The translations under genes and the position numbers were made by a program. Below, in pieces: positions 20,326 through 29,957 of a stretch of DNA of 64,000 nt; positions within the stretch are counted from its first letter, which is position 1, and each line of letters starts with the position of its first letter. Below the pieces are notes generated by a model. That model saw nothing but the letters and a program-made list of their open reading frames with translations. It ran no database searches and was not told the DNA's origin. The stretch is from Candidatus Lustribacter sp. (GTDB taxonomy: Bacteria; Vulcanimicrobiota; Vulcanimicrobiia; Vulcanimicrobiales; Vulcanimicrobiaceae), in assembly GCA_965277805.1 (NCBI GenBank), contig OZ255842.1, positions 3,232,001 through 3,296,000 of the forward strand, given 5' to 3'.

Positions 20326-21015
20326 ATGGAGAACATCGGCGCGCGCGTTCTGGTCGTCGACGACGAAGACGCCTTACGGGAAATGCTCGATTACGGGCTG
20401 CATCAAGCCGGCTTTTCGGTGCGCACGGTGGCGGACGGGGCGGAGATGCTGCGCGCGATCTCCGACTGGGCGCCGGAAGTGATCGTACTCGACGTGATGC
20501 TGCCTAACGTCGACGGTTTCACGCTCTTGCCGTCGGTCCGGCGGTTGACCGACGCGCCGATCATCATGCTCAGCGCGAAAACCGAAACGGCGCAGAAAGT
20601 CACCGGTCTCGCGCGCGGTGCCGACGACTACGTCGGCAAGCCGTTCGAACTCGAAGAGCTGATCGCGCGCTTGAATTCGGCATTACGGCGGCCGCGCATG
20701 GAATTGCGCGAAAAATTCCGCTACGCCGACGTAACGGTCGACGTCGGCCGGCGCTCGGTCTTTCGCGGCGGACGCCGCATCGATCTCTCGACGCGCGAAT
20801 TCGACTTGCTGTTGACGTTCGTGCGCAATCCCGAACAGGTCTTCACCCGCAGCATGCTGCTCGATCTGGTGTGGGGCGTGGATCGCGACGTAGTCCCAAA
20901 TACGGTGGAGACCTACATCTCCTACTTGCGAGCGAAAATCGACAGCAACGAACCGGTCAAGTTGATCCAGACGCTGCGCGGCGTCGGCTACGCGTTGCGC
21001 GCCATGGAGCGATGA
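20326..21015 (+). CDS. OmpR/MprA-family response regulator
   Basis: VVDDE, LDVMLP, GADDYVGKPF, winged helix with IQTLRGVGY. Confidence 0.95.
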   Translation: MENIGARVLVVDDEDALREMLDYGLHQAGFSVRTVADGAEMLRAISDWAPEVIVLDVMLPNVDGFTLLPSVRRLTDAPIIMLSAKTETAQKVTGLARGADDYVGKPFELEELIARLNSALRRPRMELREKFRYADVTVDVGRRSVFRGGRRIDLSTREFDLLLTFVRNPEQVFTRSMLLDLVWGVDRDVVPNTVETYISYLRAKIDSNEPVKLIQTLRGVGYALRAMER

Positions 21016-22448
21016 GCGCTTCGCTCGAGCGGCGCCTAACCATCATCTCAGCCGTCGTCATCGGCGGCGGCTTCGTAGCGATCGTGATCGCGTTTACCCT
21101 CTTCGCGTTTTCGACTTACGTCAGCACGCTCAACCGCGACGTGCTCGACACGATCGTCGACGTGCAGAGCGTGTTGCAAAATGCCGGCGGCCCGCCGAGC
21201 GATGCGCGCGTGGCGGCGCGGCGGCTTTCGGCCCACTTCTTCAGCGACCAAATGCGCATCTCGCTGCTCGATCAGCACCGGCGCGTGGAGATCTACCGCC
21301 GCTCGGCAACGATGCCGTACGTCTTTAGCACGAGCGGCCGCAACGACGCGGTGCGCGAATACCCGATCGACACGTTCCCGGCGCGAACGGCGCTGGCGCT
21401 GGCCACGTTCTTCGGCTTGGTCCCGCAACGCACCACGGTCGGTCCCCTGCTCGTCGTCGTTCGGGTTCAGGAGACCGCGCTCGTGCACGACGTCGCGCAG
21501 CTGCTGCCGATGTTGTGCGTCGCACTGGTGTGCGCGGTTATCCTCGGGATCTTGCTCGGCCGCGTGCTGGTGCTGCAGGCGTTGCGCCCGCTCAACGATG
21601 TCACTGCGGCACTCGAGCGTTTTGCGGCCGGCGATTTGACCCCGCGCACCATTCCGGCGCACGCCGACCACCAGCTACAAGATCTGACGCGCGCCTACAA
21701 CGGCGCGATCGCGCAGGTTGAGCACGCCTTCGCCGAACGCGACGAAGCCCACGAATCGATGCGGCAGTTCATGTCGGACGCGGGGCATCAGTTGCGCACG
21801 CCGCTGACCGTGATTCGCGGCTTCATCGGCGTGCTGCTGCGCGGCGACCTGCGCAGCCCCGCCGATCACGCCGGGATCCTCACCACGATGAACGCGCAGT
21901 GCATGCTGATGGGCTCGCTGATCGAGAAGCTGATTCTGCTCGACGTGTGGCAGCACGAGCGCGGCTCGCAGCCTGAAGTGGTCGACGTCTCGCAACTGGT
22001 CGAAGACGTCGTTATGCCGATCGCTGAGGCTTCGCCCGGGCGCACGGTGGAACTCGACATCCGGCCCGGCGCGATGGCGCGCATCGACCCGATCGGCGCT
22101 TCGTACGCGTTGACCAACCTCGTCGATAACGCGATCAAGTACGCGCCCGAGAGCCCGATCGAGGTTACGCTCGATTACGACGAGCGCTTCATTCGCATCG
22201 CCGTCACCGATCACGGCGCCGGCATGTCGGAAGACGAGGCCCAGCACATCTTCGACCGCTTCTATCGCGGGCCGCTGCGCCGCGACGTGCCCGGGTCGGG
22301 CCTCGGCCTGCCCATCGCGCGCAGCGCGATCGAACGCGCCGGCGGCACGCTCGTGGTCGAGAGCCGGCCCGGCAGCGGCGCCCGCTTCATCATCCGCCTG
22401 CCCGTGGCACAGGTGCCGTCGATGAACGGAGCACGTGTGCCGGCCTAA
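21012..22448 (+). CDS. HAMP-containing sensor histidine kinase
   Basis: Two TM segments, HQLRTPLT H-box, NLVDNAIKY, DHGAG, FDRFYR, GSGLGL; ATGA overlap with regulator. Confidence 0.93.
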   Translation: MSASLERRLTIISAVVIGGGFVAIVIAFTLFAFSTYVSTLNRDVLDTIVDVQSVLQNAGGPPSDARVAARRLSAHFFSDQMRISLLDQHRRVEIYRRSATMPYVFSTSGRNDAVREYPIDTFPARTALALATFFGLVPQRTTVGPLLVVVRVQETALVHDVAQLLPMLCVALVCAVILGILLGRVLVLQALRPLNDVTAALERFAAGDLTPRTIPAHADHQLQDLTRAYNGAIAQVEHAFAERDEAHESMRQFMSDAGHQLRTPLTVIRGFIGVLLRGDLRSPADHAGILTTMNAQCMLMGSLIEKLILLDVWQHERGSQPEVVDVSQLVEDVVMPIAEASPGRTVELDIRPGAMARIDPIGASYALTNLVDNAIKYAPESPIEVTLDYDERFIRIAVTDHGAGMSEDEAQHIFDRFYRGPLRRDVPGSGLGLPIARSAIERAGGTLVVESRPGSGARFIIRLPVAQVPSMNGARVPA

Positions 22449-22486
22449 ACGGCGCCGCCGCGCTTTTTCTGGGAATAGCTCCTCGC

Positions 22487-23656
22487 ATGGCGGGGCGCAA
22501 ATCCGGTACGTGGCAGATCATCGCTCCGCTCGTCCCGATCTACGGGATCACGCTGATCGACGTCTTCGGATACATGATCATGATCCCGCTCTTGCCGTAT
22601 CTGGCGCAGAAGTACGGCGCCAGCGGGGTCGAGGTCGGAGCGCTGCTGGCCACGATGGCCGTCGCGTCGACCGTGGCGGCACCGGTGTGGGGCGCACTCA
22701 GCGACCGCGTCGGCCGCAAACCCGTGGTCCTCATTTCGCAGTTCGTCTCGCTCGGCGGTTACGTCGCATTAGCGCTCGCACCAACGCTCGGGATGCTCTT
22801 CATCGCGCGCGGCATCGCCGGCATCGGCGGCGGCAACCTCGGCGTCACGCAATCCTATATCGCCGACGTCACGCCCGAGCGCTATCGCGATCGCGCGTAT
22901 GCGGCGTTCGGCGTGGTGTTCGGTTTGGGCATCGTCCTCGGCCCCGTGACCGGCGGATTCCTCGTGCACTTCGGCTACGGCGTATCGTTTCTCGCGGCGG
23001 CTTGCATCGAAGCGATCAACATCGTGTTGACGCTGCGCTTTCTGCCGCAAGTGAAGCGCAAACCCGGACAGCGCTTCAATCTGCAGCAAGCGATGCGCCA
23101 CGTGCTCGAGCGGCCGGCGGTGCGCAGTCTCGTGGTGCGGCACGGCCTGTTCATCTTCGCGGTAACCTACTTCTTCACGATCTTCGCGCTGTTCGTGCAG
23201 CGCATGCTGCACGGCGGTCCACAGCTCTCGAGCTGGCTGATCGCGGGCTGCGGCGCGGTCGGCGGCATCACGCTGGTGGCCGCGGTCGGGCCGCTCGCAA
23301 AACGGTACGGTGATGCGAAGGTCGCGCAAGCCGGCATCGCGCTCAGCATCATCGCTTATGCCGGGCTCGGCTTTGCGCACGATCTCTGGTCGTATTGCGC
23401 GGTGCTGGTCGTGTGGTCGGCCGGCGCGTCGTGCGTCGAACCGACGCTTTCGGCCCTGCTTTCCAAACGCGCGCCGGCAAGCGAACGCGGCGCAGCACTA
23501 GGCTTCAACGATGCGATCAGCAACCTCGCGCTGATGGCGGCGCCGGCGCTCGGCGGGTTCATCATCGACCGGAACATCGCCCTCATCGGCCTCGTGCCCG
23601 GGGCCGCGCTCATCGTCGCGTTTGTGCTCGGATCGTTCGACCGCAGCAGGGGCTGA
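22487..23656 (+). CDS. MFS transporter, TetA/DHA1-like
   Basis: WGALSDRVGRKPV motif A; many hydrophobic segments. Confidence 0.9.
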   Translation: MAGRKSGTWQIIAPLVPIYGITLIDVFGYMIMIPLLPYLAQKYGASGVEVGALLATMAVASTVAAPVWGALSDRVGRKPVVLISQFVSLGGYVALALAPTLGMLFIARGIAGIGGGNLGVTQSYIADVTPERYRDRAYAAFGVVFGLGIVLGPVTGGFLVHFGYGVSFLAAACIEAINIVLTLRFLPQVKRKPGQRFNLQQAMRHVLERPAVRSLVVRHGLFIFAVTYFFTIFALFVQRMLHGGPQLSSWLIAGCGAVGGITLVAAVGPLAKRYGDAKVAQAGIALSIIAYAGLGFAHDLWSYCAVLVVWSAGASCVEPTLSALLSKRAPASERGAALGFNDAISNLALMAAPALGGFIIDRNIALIGLVPGAALIVAFVLGSFDRSRG

Positions 23657-23689
23657 TCGAAAGCCCGGCTTTCTGGGAACACGGGTGAG

Positions 23690-24712
23690 GTGAACGTTCC
23701 CTGGCGGCCCGCCGAGCTCTCGATCGCGGACGACGCACTGTACGGCGGGCTCGCCGATGCAGGCGGCGTGCCGCGCATCGGGCGCGCGGGCGAACACGAT
23801 CGCCTGCGCGCTGCCGGCGCCGCCGACCTTGCTTGGGGCCGCCTCTACGAGGGCCACGTCAACGCGCTCCAGCTCATCGCGCGCCTCGGCACGGCGCGCC
23901 AGCGGCAGCAGGCTGAAGACGACGTGATGCGCGGCTGCCTGTTCGGGGTCTGGAACACGCAGGCGGCGGACGGCGTGCACGTGGTGGACGTCGATGCCGG
24001 CGGTGTCACGATCGCGGGCCGCAAGACGTTTGCTTCCGGTGCCGGCCGCGTCGCGCGCGCGATCGTTACCATCGGTTGGCCCGACGGCTCGACGCAGCTC
24101 AGCATCATCCCGCTGGATCGCGTCGCGACGACCATCGATCGCTCGTTCTGGCACCCGTACGGCATGGAAGATTCCGACAGCTTCGCGATCGATTTCCGCG
24201 GCGTGCATTTGTCGTGCGAGGACCTGCTGGGCGGCCCGAACGACTACGAACGCAGCCCGTGGTTCACCGCCGGCGCATCGCGTTTCGTCGCCGTGCAAAC
24301 CGGCGGCATCGAGCAACTCACCGGCGACTTCGGCGCGTTCCTGCGACGGCGCGAAGTGCACGAAGATCCGATCCAGCTGACGCGCTTCGGCGAATGCGTG
24401 ATCGCCGCGCGAACGGCGCGCATGTGGACCGATGCCTGCGCCGAGTGCTGGATGCGCTACGACGCTGCGCCCGGCGATCTGACCGAAAGCACGTTGCTGA
24501 TCACGGTCGACGCGGCACGCACCGCCGTCGAGCGTGCCGCGCTCGACGTTGCCGAGCGGGTCGAACGCGGCGTGGGCGCGCGCGGGCTGCTCGAAACCGA
24601 ACCGTTTGCGCGCCGCTTACGCGACTTGCGGATGTATCTCCGTCAACCCGCGATCGACGACACGCTGCTGCGTGTCGCGCGGTCGTCGCTGACCCCGCGC
24701 GCGATCAGCTGA
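23690..24712 (+). CDS. Acyl-CoA dehydrogenase-like flavoprotein
   Basis: GRLYEGHVNA, GRKTFASGAG, GM..S.S, RDLRMYLRQP. Confidence 0.8.
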   Translation: MNVPWRPAELSIADDALYGGLADAGGVPRIGRAGEHDRLRAAGAADLAWGRLYEGHVNALQLIARLGTARQRQQAEDDVMRGCLFGVWNTQAADGVHVVDVDAGGVTIAGRKTFASGAGRVARAIVTIGWPDGSTQLSIIPLDRVATTIDRSFWHPYGMEDSDSFAIDFRGVHLSCEDLLGGPNDYERSPWFTAGASRFVAVQTGGIEQLTGDFGAFLRRREVHEDPIQLTRFGECVIAARTARMWTDACAECWMRYDAAPGDLTESTLLITVDAARTAVERAALDVAERVERGVGARGLLETEPFARRLRDLRMYLRQPAIDDTLLRVARSSLTPRAIS

Positions 24713-25668
24713 CGGAGGACGGCCGTGGCCTCGGCCGCGGGTACGCATGCCGGATGTTCGCTCGGCGGGCCGACGTCTTCACCGCGCAGGCGCGCAACCG
24801 TAATCTCCGGATCCTCGACGCGCAACTGACGATAGAGCTCGCCCTGCTCGTGCCAGAGACGGATGCGCGCGCCGAAACCGCCTGCCGCGCGCGACTGAAA
24901 ACGCGCCGACGTCGCCACACGGACGCGCAGGCTATGGCGGATGCGCGCGCCGATGCGATCGAGCGCATCGTAGAGCGCGATGTCTTCAAGCGCGCGCACA
25001 GGCGGAACGCCGCCGGCCGCATTGTAGGCGCTTAAGCGAACGGCGAGGCTGGGACCCGAACGCTGCCAGTGCCGCGGCCACGGATCGTACGGTCGCGGAT
25101 CCAATTGCGTCTTGAGTTGCGCGATGGTCAGGTGATAGCGATCTTCTTCCAGCAGCATGTTGCGCGTCGCTTCCGGCAGCGCGCGCCAATCGGCGGGGTC
25201 GACCTGGATGCGGCCGGTGACGACGTCGACGTGTTCCATCTCGCGCAACGTCCACGCGAGCCACGTCGGTGACGGAACGCTGTCGGCGTCGGTCGCGGCC
25301 AAAATGGCATCCGGCAGGCCGGCTGCGGCGAAGCGCGCGGCGGCGGCGTTCATCGCGGTACGGCGCGCCGTTCCGATGTGCGCAACGTTCGGCGGCAGGG
25401 ACTCCTCGGCAACGTAGATCGCGTGCTCGGGATGGCGGCGAGCGGCGGCGCGAACGGCCTCGGCGGTATCGTCGAAGCAGTTGTTGGCATACACGAGCAC
25501 GTCGAACGTTGCGGGCGCGAGGCGCGAGCCGTCGGTGTCGCGCTGACCGGCCAGCGCATCGAGCGTCCGGCCGATGAACGCGGCCTCGTCGCGCGCCGGG
25601 ATCACGACCGTGATCCGGCACGCCGGGTGCGGCGCGGGCAGGGTGGCAAACGGATCGAGGGCGATCAC
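24643..25668 (-). CDS. Glycosyltransferase family 2
   Basis: VVIPARDE, NNCFDDT, TDADS (DxD), ED, VATSAR. Confidence 0.88.
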   Translation of the reverse strand: MIALDPFATLPAPHPACRITVVIPARDEAAFIGRTLDALAGQRDTDGSRLAPATFDVLVYANNCFDDTAEAVRAAARRHPEHAIYVAEESLPPNVAHIGTARRTAMNAAAARFAAAGLPDAILAATDADSVPSPTWLAWTLREMEHVDVVTGRIQVDPADWRALPEATRNMLLEEDRYHLTIAQLKTQLDPRPYDPWPRHWQRSGPSLAVRLSAYNAAGGVPPVRALEDIALYDALDRIGARIRHSLRVRVATSARFQSRAAGGFGARIRLWHEQGELYRQLRVEDPEITVARLRGEDVGPPSEHPACVPAAEATAVLRQLIARGVSDDRATRSSVSSIAG

Positions 25669-26228
25669 TTGCGTACGAGCAGGTCGAGGCGGTACCGTTC
25701 GGCGCGAAAATGCTCCTTCGCTTCGAAGCGCCGGTCGGCCAGGAACGCCTCGTGTACGGCGTCCCCTTCGCGGACGTAGTCGTCGACGTGCGGTAAGAAA
25801 TGGACGAGCAGCAGCTCACCCTCCGGCAAGAGGCGATCGGCGATCGTATCGCGGGCGCGCGCGAGATCCGCGTCCGACCAGTAGTAGCCGACTTCGCAGC
25901 ACGTGATGAGATCAAACATCGACGGCGAGCACTGCTCGGGAAACGCCGCGCGCACGACGCGGACGTGCGGCTGGTGCGCACAGCGCACGCGCGCGCTGCG
26001 GATCGCGAGTTCGCTGATGTCGACCGCGATCAGTTCGTCGCAGCGGCGTGCGAGCCGTTCGGTGAAGACGCCGATCGAACAGCCGATCTCGAGCACGCGC
26101 CCGTAATGCGGCGCCAGCACCGAGAGCGAGCGATCGTATTTTTCGCGTTCGTACGGGCTGCTGGCGAACGCCCACGGATCGTCGGCTTCGGCGTAGATCG
26201 ATTCGAAGTACTCGCGACTGAGCGACAT
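25665..26228 (-). CDS. NodS-like class I SAM methyltransferase
   Basis: DPWAFASSPYEREKY, LEIGCSIG, EVGYY; ATG shares a base with the upstream TAA. Confidence 0.88.
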   Translation of the reverse strand: MSLSREYFESIYAEADDPWAFASSPYEREKYDRSLSVLAPHYGRVLEIGCSIGVFTERLARRCDELIAVDISELAIRSARVRCAHQPHVRVVRAAFPEQCSPSMFDLITCCEVGYYWSDADLARARDTIADRLLPEGELLLVHFLPHVDDYVREGDAVHEAFLADRRFEAKEHFRAERYRLDLLVRK

Positions 26229-26938
26229 TACGAACGGCCGGCCGGGATGACGAAACGCTCGTACGGCCCGAGCGCCAGCAGCAACAGATCTTCGGGCAAT
26301 TCGAAGGCCCACGACGCATCGGTGACAAGCTTCCCGAGTTGCGAGCGGTGTTCGCTCAGCGCGGCCCGTTTCGCGGGCAACCACGGCCCGCTGGCCACTT
26401 CTACCGTGACGCCTTCGTGCGGCAACGGCGCGTCGGACGCATCGCCGATCACGCCGAGCCAGACCGCATATTCGAACCGCAACGCGCGCGGGCGTTCGGC
26501 CAGCACGACATCGACGAGCGACGTCGCCGAACGATGGTCGCAGTGCGGATCGCGCCGCCACGGTGTCGCCACGGCCACGTCGGCGTCGTCCGGGATCGCC
26601 GCTCGCAGCGCCGCGAGCAATGGAGCCGCGCCGTCGTCGCCGGCCGCCGGCACGGTGCCGTCGGGCCAACGCAAAAATTGCGGCGGGGTCTTCACGCCGA
26701 GACGACGGAGCGCACGCCGCGCCTCATCTTCGCGCACAGCGCGCAGGCGTTCCGGCGGATAGGCCGACGAGTTTTCGTGAGATGCCGCGCCGTCGGTGAG
26801 ATAGATCACGCGCACCGGCAAGTGCATCGACGCGCGCGCGATGAGCGCGCCGCAGCCGAGCACGTCGTCGTCGGGGTGCGGCGCTATCACGATCAACGCC
26901 GAGGCCGTCCGCAGAAAGTCTTCGGGAAAATCAGCCAT
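26228..26938 (-). CDS. PIG-L/LmbE family deacetylase
   Basis: APHPDDDVLG, TDGAASH, DPHCDH, HRSQ. Confidence 0.9.
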   Translation of the reverse strand: MADFPEDFLRTASALIVIAPHPDDDVLGCGALIARASMHLPVRVIYLTDGAASHENSSAYPPERLRAVREDEARRALRRLGVKTPPQFLRWPDGTVPAAGDDGAAPLLAALRAAIPDDADVAVATPWRRDPHCDHRSATSLVDVVLAERPRALRFEYAVWLGVIGDASDAPLPHEGVTVEVASGPWLPAKRAALSEHRSQLGKLVTDASWAFELPEDLLLLALGPYERFVIPAGRS

Positions 26939-26981
26939 GGGAGTGCTTCATACCCGGATAACGGCGGGTAAACGCCTGCAT

Positions 26982-27866
26982 ATGAATCCCGAGTTCACGC
27001 CTGAGGGTCCGCTGCGTCCGTGGGCTAAAAATCGGACGTTAGGTGCGATAGCGGACGCAATTCAGCCGGCCGTCAGAGCGCTGCTCGACGGCGACGACGG
27101 CGCACGCCGGCCGATCAAGGATCTGCTGCACGGCACGTCTCTCGGTCATCCGCTGCACCCGCCGCTGACCGATATTCCGATCGGCGCGTGGACCGTGGCG
27201 GCGGTGTGCGATGCCCTCCAACTCGCCGGCGTCGAGCGCTATCGCGACGCCGCCGATGTGGCGATCGCGATCGGCGCGCTCGGAGCGGTGGGCGCCGCCG
27301 TTACCGGTCTCGCCGATTGGTCCGACACGAAAGACGAGCCGCAACGCTTGGGCCTGCTGCACGCAATGCTCAACAGCGCGGCGCTGACGAGCTACGTTGC
27401 GTCATTGCTCGCGCGGCGCACCGGCGCGCGCGGCTTCGGACTCGCGGCGGCGTTTGGCGGCTATGGTCTCATGGCGCTCGCCGGCTACCTGGGCGGCGAA
27501 CTCGCCTTCGGCATGCAGCTGGGTGTCAAGCACACTGTTATCCCGCACGAACCGCCGCTCGACTTCGTGCACGTTCTCGATACGATCGAGCTGACCGACG
27601 GCGTGATGCATCCCGCACAGGCGAACGAACTGCCCGTCTTGGTGACACGCTTTGACGGAACGACGCGTGCCGTCGGCGGGGTGTGCACGCATCGCGGCGC
27701 GCCGCTCGCCGAGGGCGAGCAAGTGGGGCGTTGCGTGCGCTGTCCCTGGCACGGTTCGCGCTTCTCGCTCGACGACGGGCACATCGAGGAAGGCCCGGCG
27801 ACGTTTCCCCTACCGAACTACGAAACGCACGCGGCGGCCGGCGGGATCAGCGTTCGTATGCGGTGA
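26982..27866 (+). CDS. DUF2231-type membrane domain fused to Rieske 2Fe-2S domain
   Basis: GHPLHPPLTDIPIGAW, GYLGGEL; CTHRG...CPWHGS. Confidence 0.85.
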   Translation: MNPEFTPEGPLRPWAKNRTLGAIADAIQPAVRALLDGDDGARRPIKDLLHGTSLGHPLHPPLTDIPIGAWTVAAVCDALQLAGVERYRDAADVAIAIGALGAVGAAVTGLADWSDTKDEPQRLGLLHAMLNSAALTSYVASLLARRTGARGFGLAAAFGGYGLMALAGYLGGELAFGMQLGVKHTVIPHEPPLDFVHVLDTIELTDGVMHPAQANELPVLVTRFDGTTRAVGGVCTHRGAPLAEGEQVGRCVRCPWHGSRFSLDDGHIEEGPATFPLPNYETHAAAGGISVRMR

Positions 27867-29136
27867 CGTCGGTGGGCCAGTTCGCAAACGAGCTGGCTTC
27901 CGCCACGATCATGCCGAGCGGCGCGCGTCCCATGCGGCGCGCGCCCTTGGACGATACGTGCACCGAGTCGCCCCAAATGAATTGGTACTTCTTATCGGGC
28001 GTCGCGATGGTCGGCTTGACGATGTACACACCGTTCTCGGGAAAACGGAAATCCATCGCCTTCTCGGTGCCTTCGTACATCGGTTTTGCGTCGAGGTTCG
28101 TCAACAAAAGCGGACGATCGTCGCCGAGACCGCGGCCGTGCACGATCAGCGACGACTTCACGTCGGCGAGCGGACCGCTGCGCAGCGCGACGCTCTTGCC
28201 GACCGCAATCGTCTTGTCGATCAGCTCGGCCACGGTGATTCCGGGCCGCAAGACCTCGAGCAGGCGCGGGTAGAGCTCGGCGTGCATCTTCGCGAGCTCG
28301 AGCAGCACCGGATCGCACCGGCGCACCGCAATCGGCCGGATCTGCTGCGCGCGGTAACCGATGACCGACGATTCGATTTCCGAAACGATGACGTCGCCTT
28401 CGTCTAAGGGGCGGCCGGTCGGGCGCGAGAGCGTGCGGCCGGGCAAGGGCGCGGCGATCCAGTTGAAGTGCACCGACTGCTCCGAGCCGCGCGCGTACAT
28501 CGCGTGCATCGTCTCGGCCCAAACGACGTAATCCGGCACGCCGGGCTGCGCCGCGAACGTTTGCGCATCGACGCCGCGTTCGATCAAATCGACCGAGCAC
28601 TGCAGCACCGCGACTTCCTCGTCGCTCTTGACCTCGCGCACTTCTTGCAGCAGATCGGATGCATCGACGAACGTGGCCTGCGGGCACGCTTTGACCAGCG
28701 CTTCGTAGTTGCCGTACATGATCGTGCCCTCGGGCGTGCGCGTGCCGCCGCCGAGGCCCGAGATGCCGATGCGTTCGTTCGTGATGCCGAGTTCGCGCAG
28801 CCGTTCGCCCAGCACGCGGCCGTAGCGCCGATTGGCTTCGCGCACGTCGGTGACCCAATCTTGAATCGACGGTCCCCAGCGTTCCGCGGCCGACGTTGCG
28901 ACGACGGTGACGTCGCCCTCGAGCGGAATGAGCGCGGCGATCGATGCGTCGGCGCCTCCGCCGCAGTGCGAGAGATATCGCGCGTCCGCTTGCCAATCGG
29001 TCGAATTCCCAGGATTGGCCGGGGCGACGATCGCCGCGAGGTTGTCGCGTTCCATGAGACGCCGGACGGCGGCCCAGCGACGATCGCGCTCGGCGATCGA
29101 AAAGCGGCGAAAAACATGCCGTGGAATCGTACTGAT
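27847..29136 (-). CDS. M24/creatinase-fold hydrolase
   Basis: FSIAERDRRW N-terminus, VKSDEE, HGRGLG; start extended from ATG 29055 to a proposed ATC 29136. Confidence 0.8.
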   Translation of the reverse strand: MSTIPRHVFRRFSIAERDRRWAAVRRLMERDNLAAIVAPANPGNSTDWQADARYLSHCGGGADASIAALIPLEGDVTVVATSAAERWGPSIQDWVTDVREANRRYGRVLGERLRELGITNERIGISGLGGGTRTPEGTIMYGNYEALVKACPQATFVDASDLLQEVREVKSDEEVAVLQCSVDLIERGVDAQTFAAQPGVPDYVVWAETMHAMYARGSEQSVHFNWIAAPLPGRTLSRPTGRPLDEGDVIVSEIESSVIGYRAQQIRPIAVRRCDPVLLELAKMHAELYPRLLEVLRPGITVAELIDKTIAVGKSVALRSGPLADVKSSLIVHGRGLGDDRPLLLTNLDAKPMYEGTEKAMDFRFPENGVYIVKPTIATPDKKYQFIWGDSVHVSSKGARRMGRAPLGMIVAEASSFANWPTDVTAYER

Positions 29137-29219
29137 CTCAAGCCCTCCCTCGAACGGGAAGATTGTTTAGCCACGCTAAGGTACTTCCTCCAACCATCTC
29201 TCTGCAAGAAAGCTCGAAC

Positions 29220-29957
29220 ATGCCGGAATTGCGCCTCCTCATCGAAGACCTCGTTGCCGGAAATCACATCCTCTACAATCAGGGAATCGTCGACGGATAC
29301 GGCCACATCAGCTTCCGGCATCTAGATAAACCAGACCGCTTTTTCATCGCCGCGGCCGTCGCGCCGGGCCGGGTGAAAGAGGGCGATATTCTCGAGCTCG
29401 ACCTCGACGGCAAGATCGTTTCCGGCGAAGACCGTCCGACGTATTCCGAACGCTTCATTCACGCCGAAGTATATCGTGCGCGCGCGGACGTGCAGTCGGT
29501 GATCCATAGCCACTCGCCCACGGTCATCCCGTTCGGCATCACCGACGTTCCGTTGCGCCCGATCATGCAAACGGCGTCGTTCTTGCACACCGGCGTGCCG
29601 ATCTACAACTCACGCCTCGTCCCCGAAGCGAAGAGCCCGCTCGTCAGCTCGCCGGTGCTCGGCAAAGCGCTCGTCGCGAGTTTGGCGCAGAACAACGTCG
29701 TGCTCATGCGAGGGCATGGCAACACCGTCGTCGGCCCGGACATCCGCGAGACCGTGTCGCGCGCGATTTACACCGAGCTCAATGCACGCCTGTTGCTGCA
29801 AACGCTGTCGCTCGGACGGCCGATCGAGTATCTCAACGATACCGAAGCCGAGACGATGATGTCGCGCGGAGCCGGTCTTCCGAACGTCGGCAAAAGCCAC
29901 GGCGTCGACCGTATCTGGCAGATGTGGATCGACGAGGTGCGGCGCAGCCAATCATGA
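29220..29957 (+). CDS. Class II aldolase/adducin family protein
   Basis: GHIS.R, SERFIH, VIHSHS, LMRGHG. Confidence 0.9.
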   Translation: MPELRLLIEDLVAGNHILYNQGIVDGYGHISFRHLDKPDRFFIAAAVAPGRVKEGDILELDLDGKIVSGEDRPTYSERFIHAEVYRARADVQSVIHSHSPTVIPFGITDVPLRPIMQTASFLHTGVPIYNSRLVPEAKSPLVSSPVLGKALVASLAQNNVVLMRGHGNTVVGPDIRETVSRAIYTELNARLLLQTLSLGRPIEYLNDTEAETMMSRGAGLPNVGKSHGVDRIWQMWIDEVRRSQS

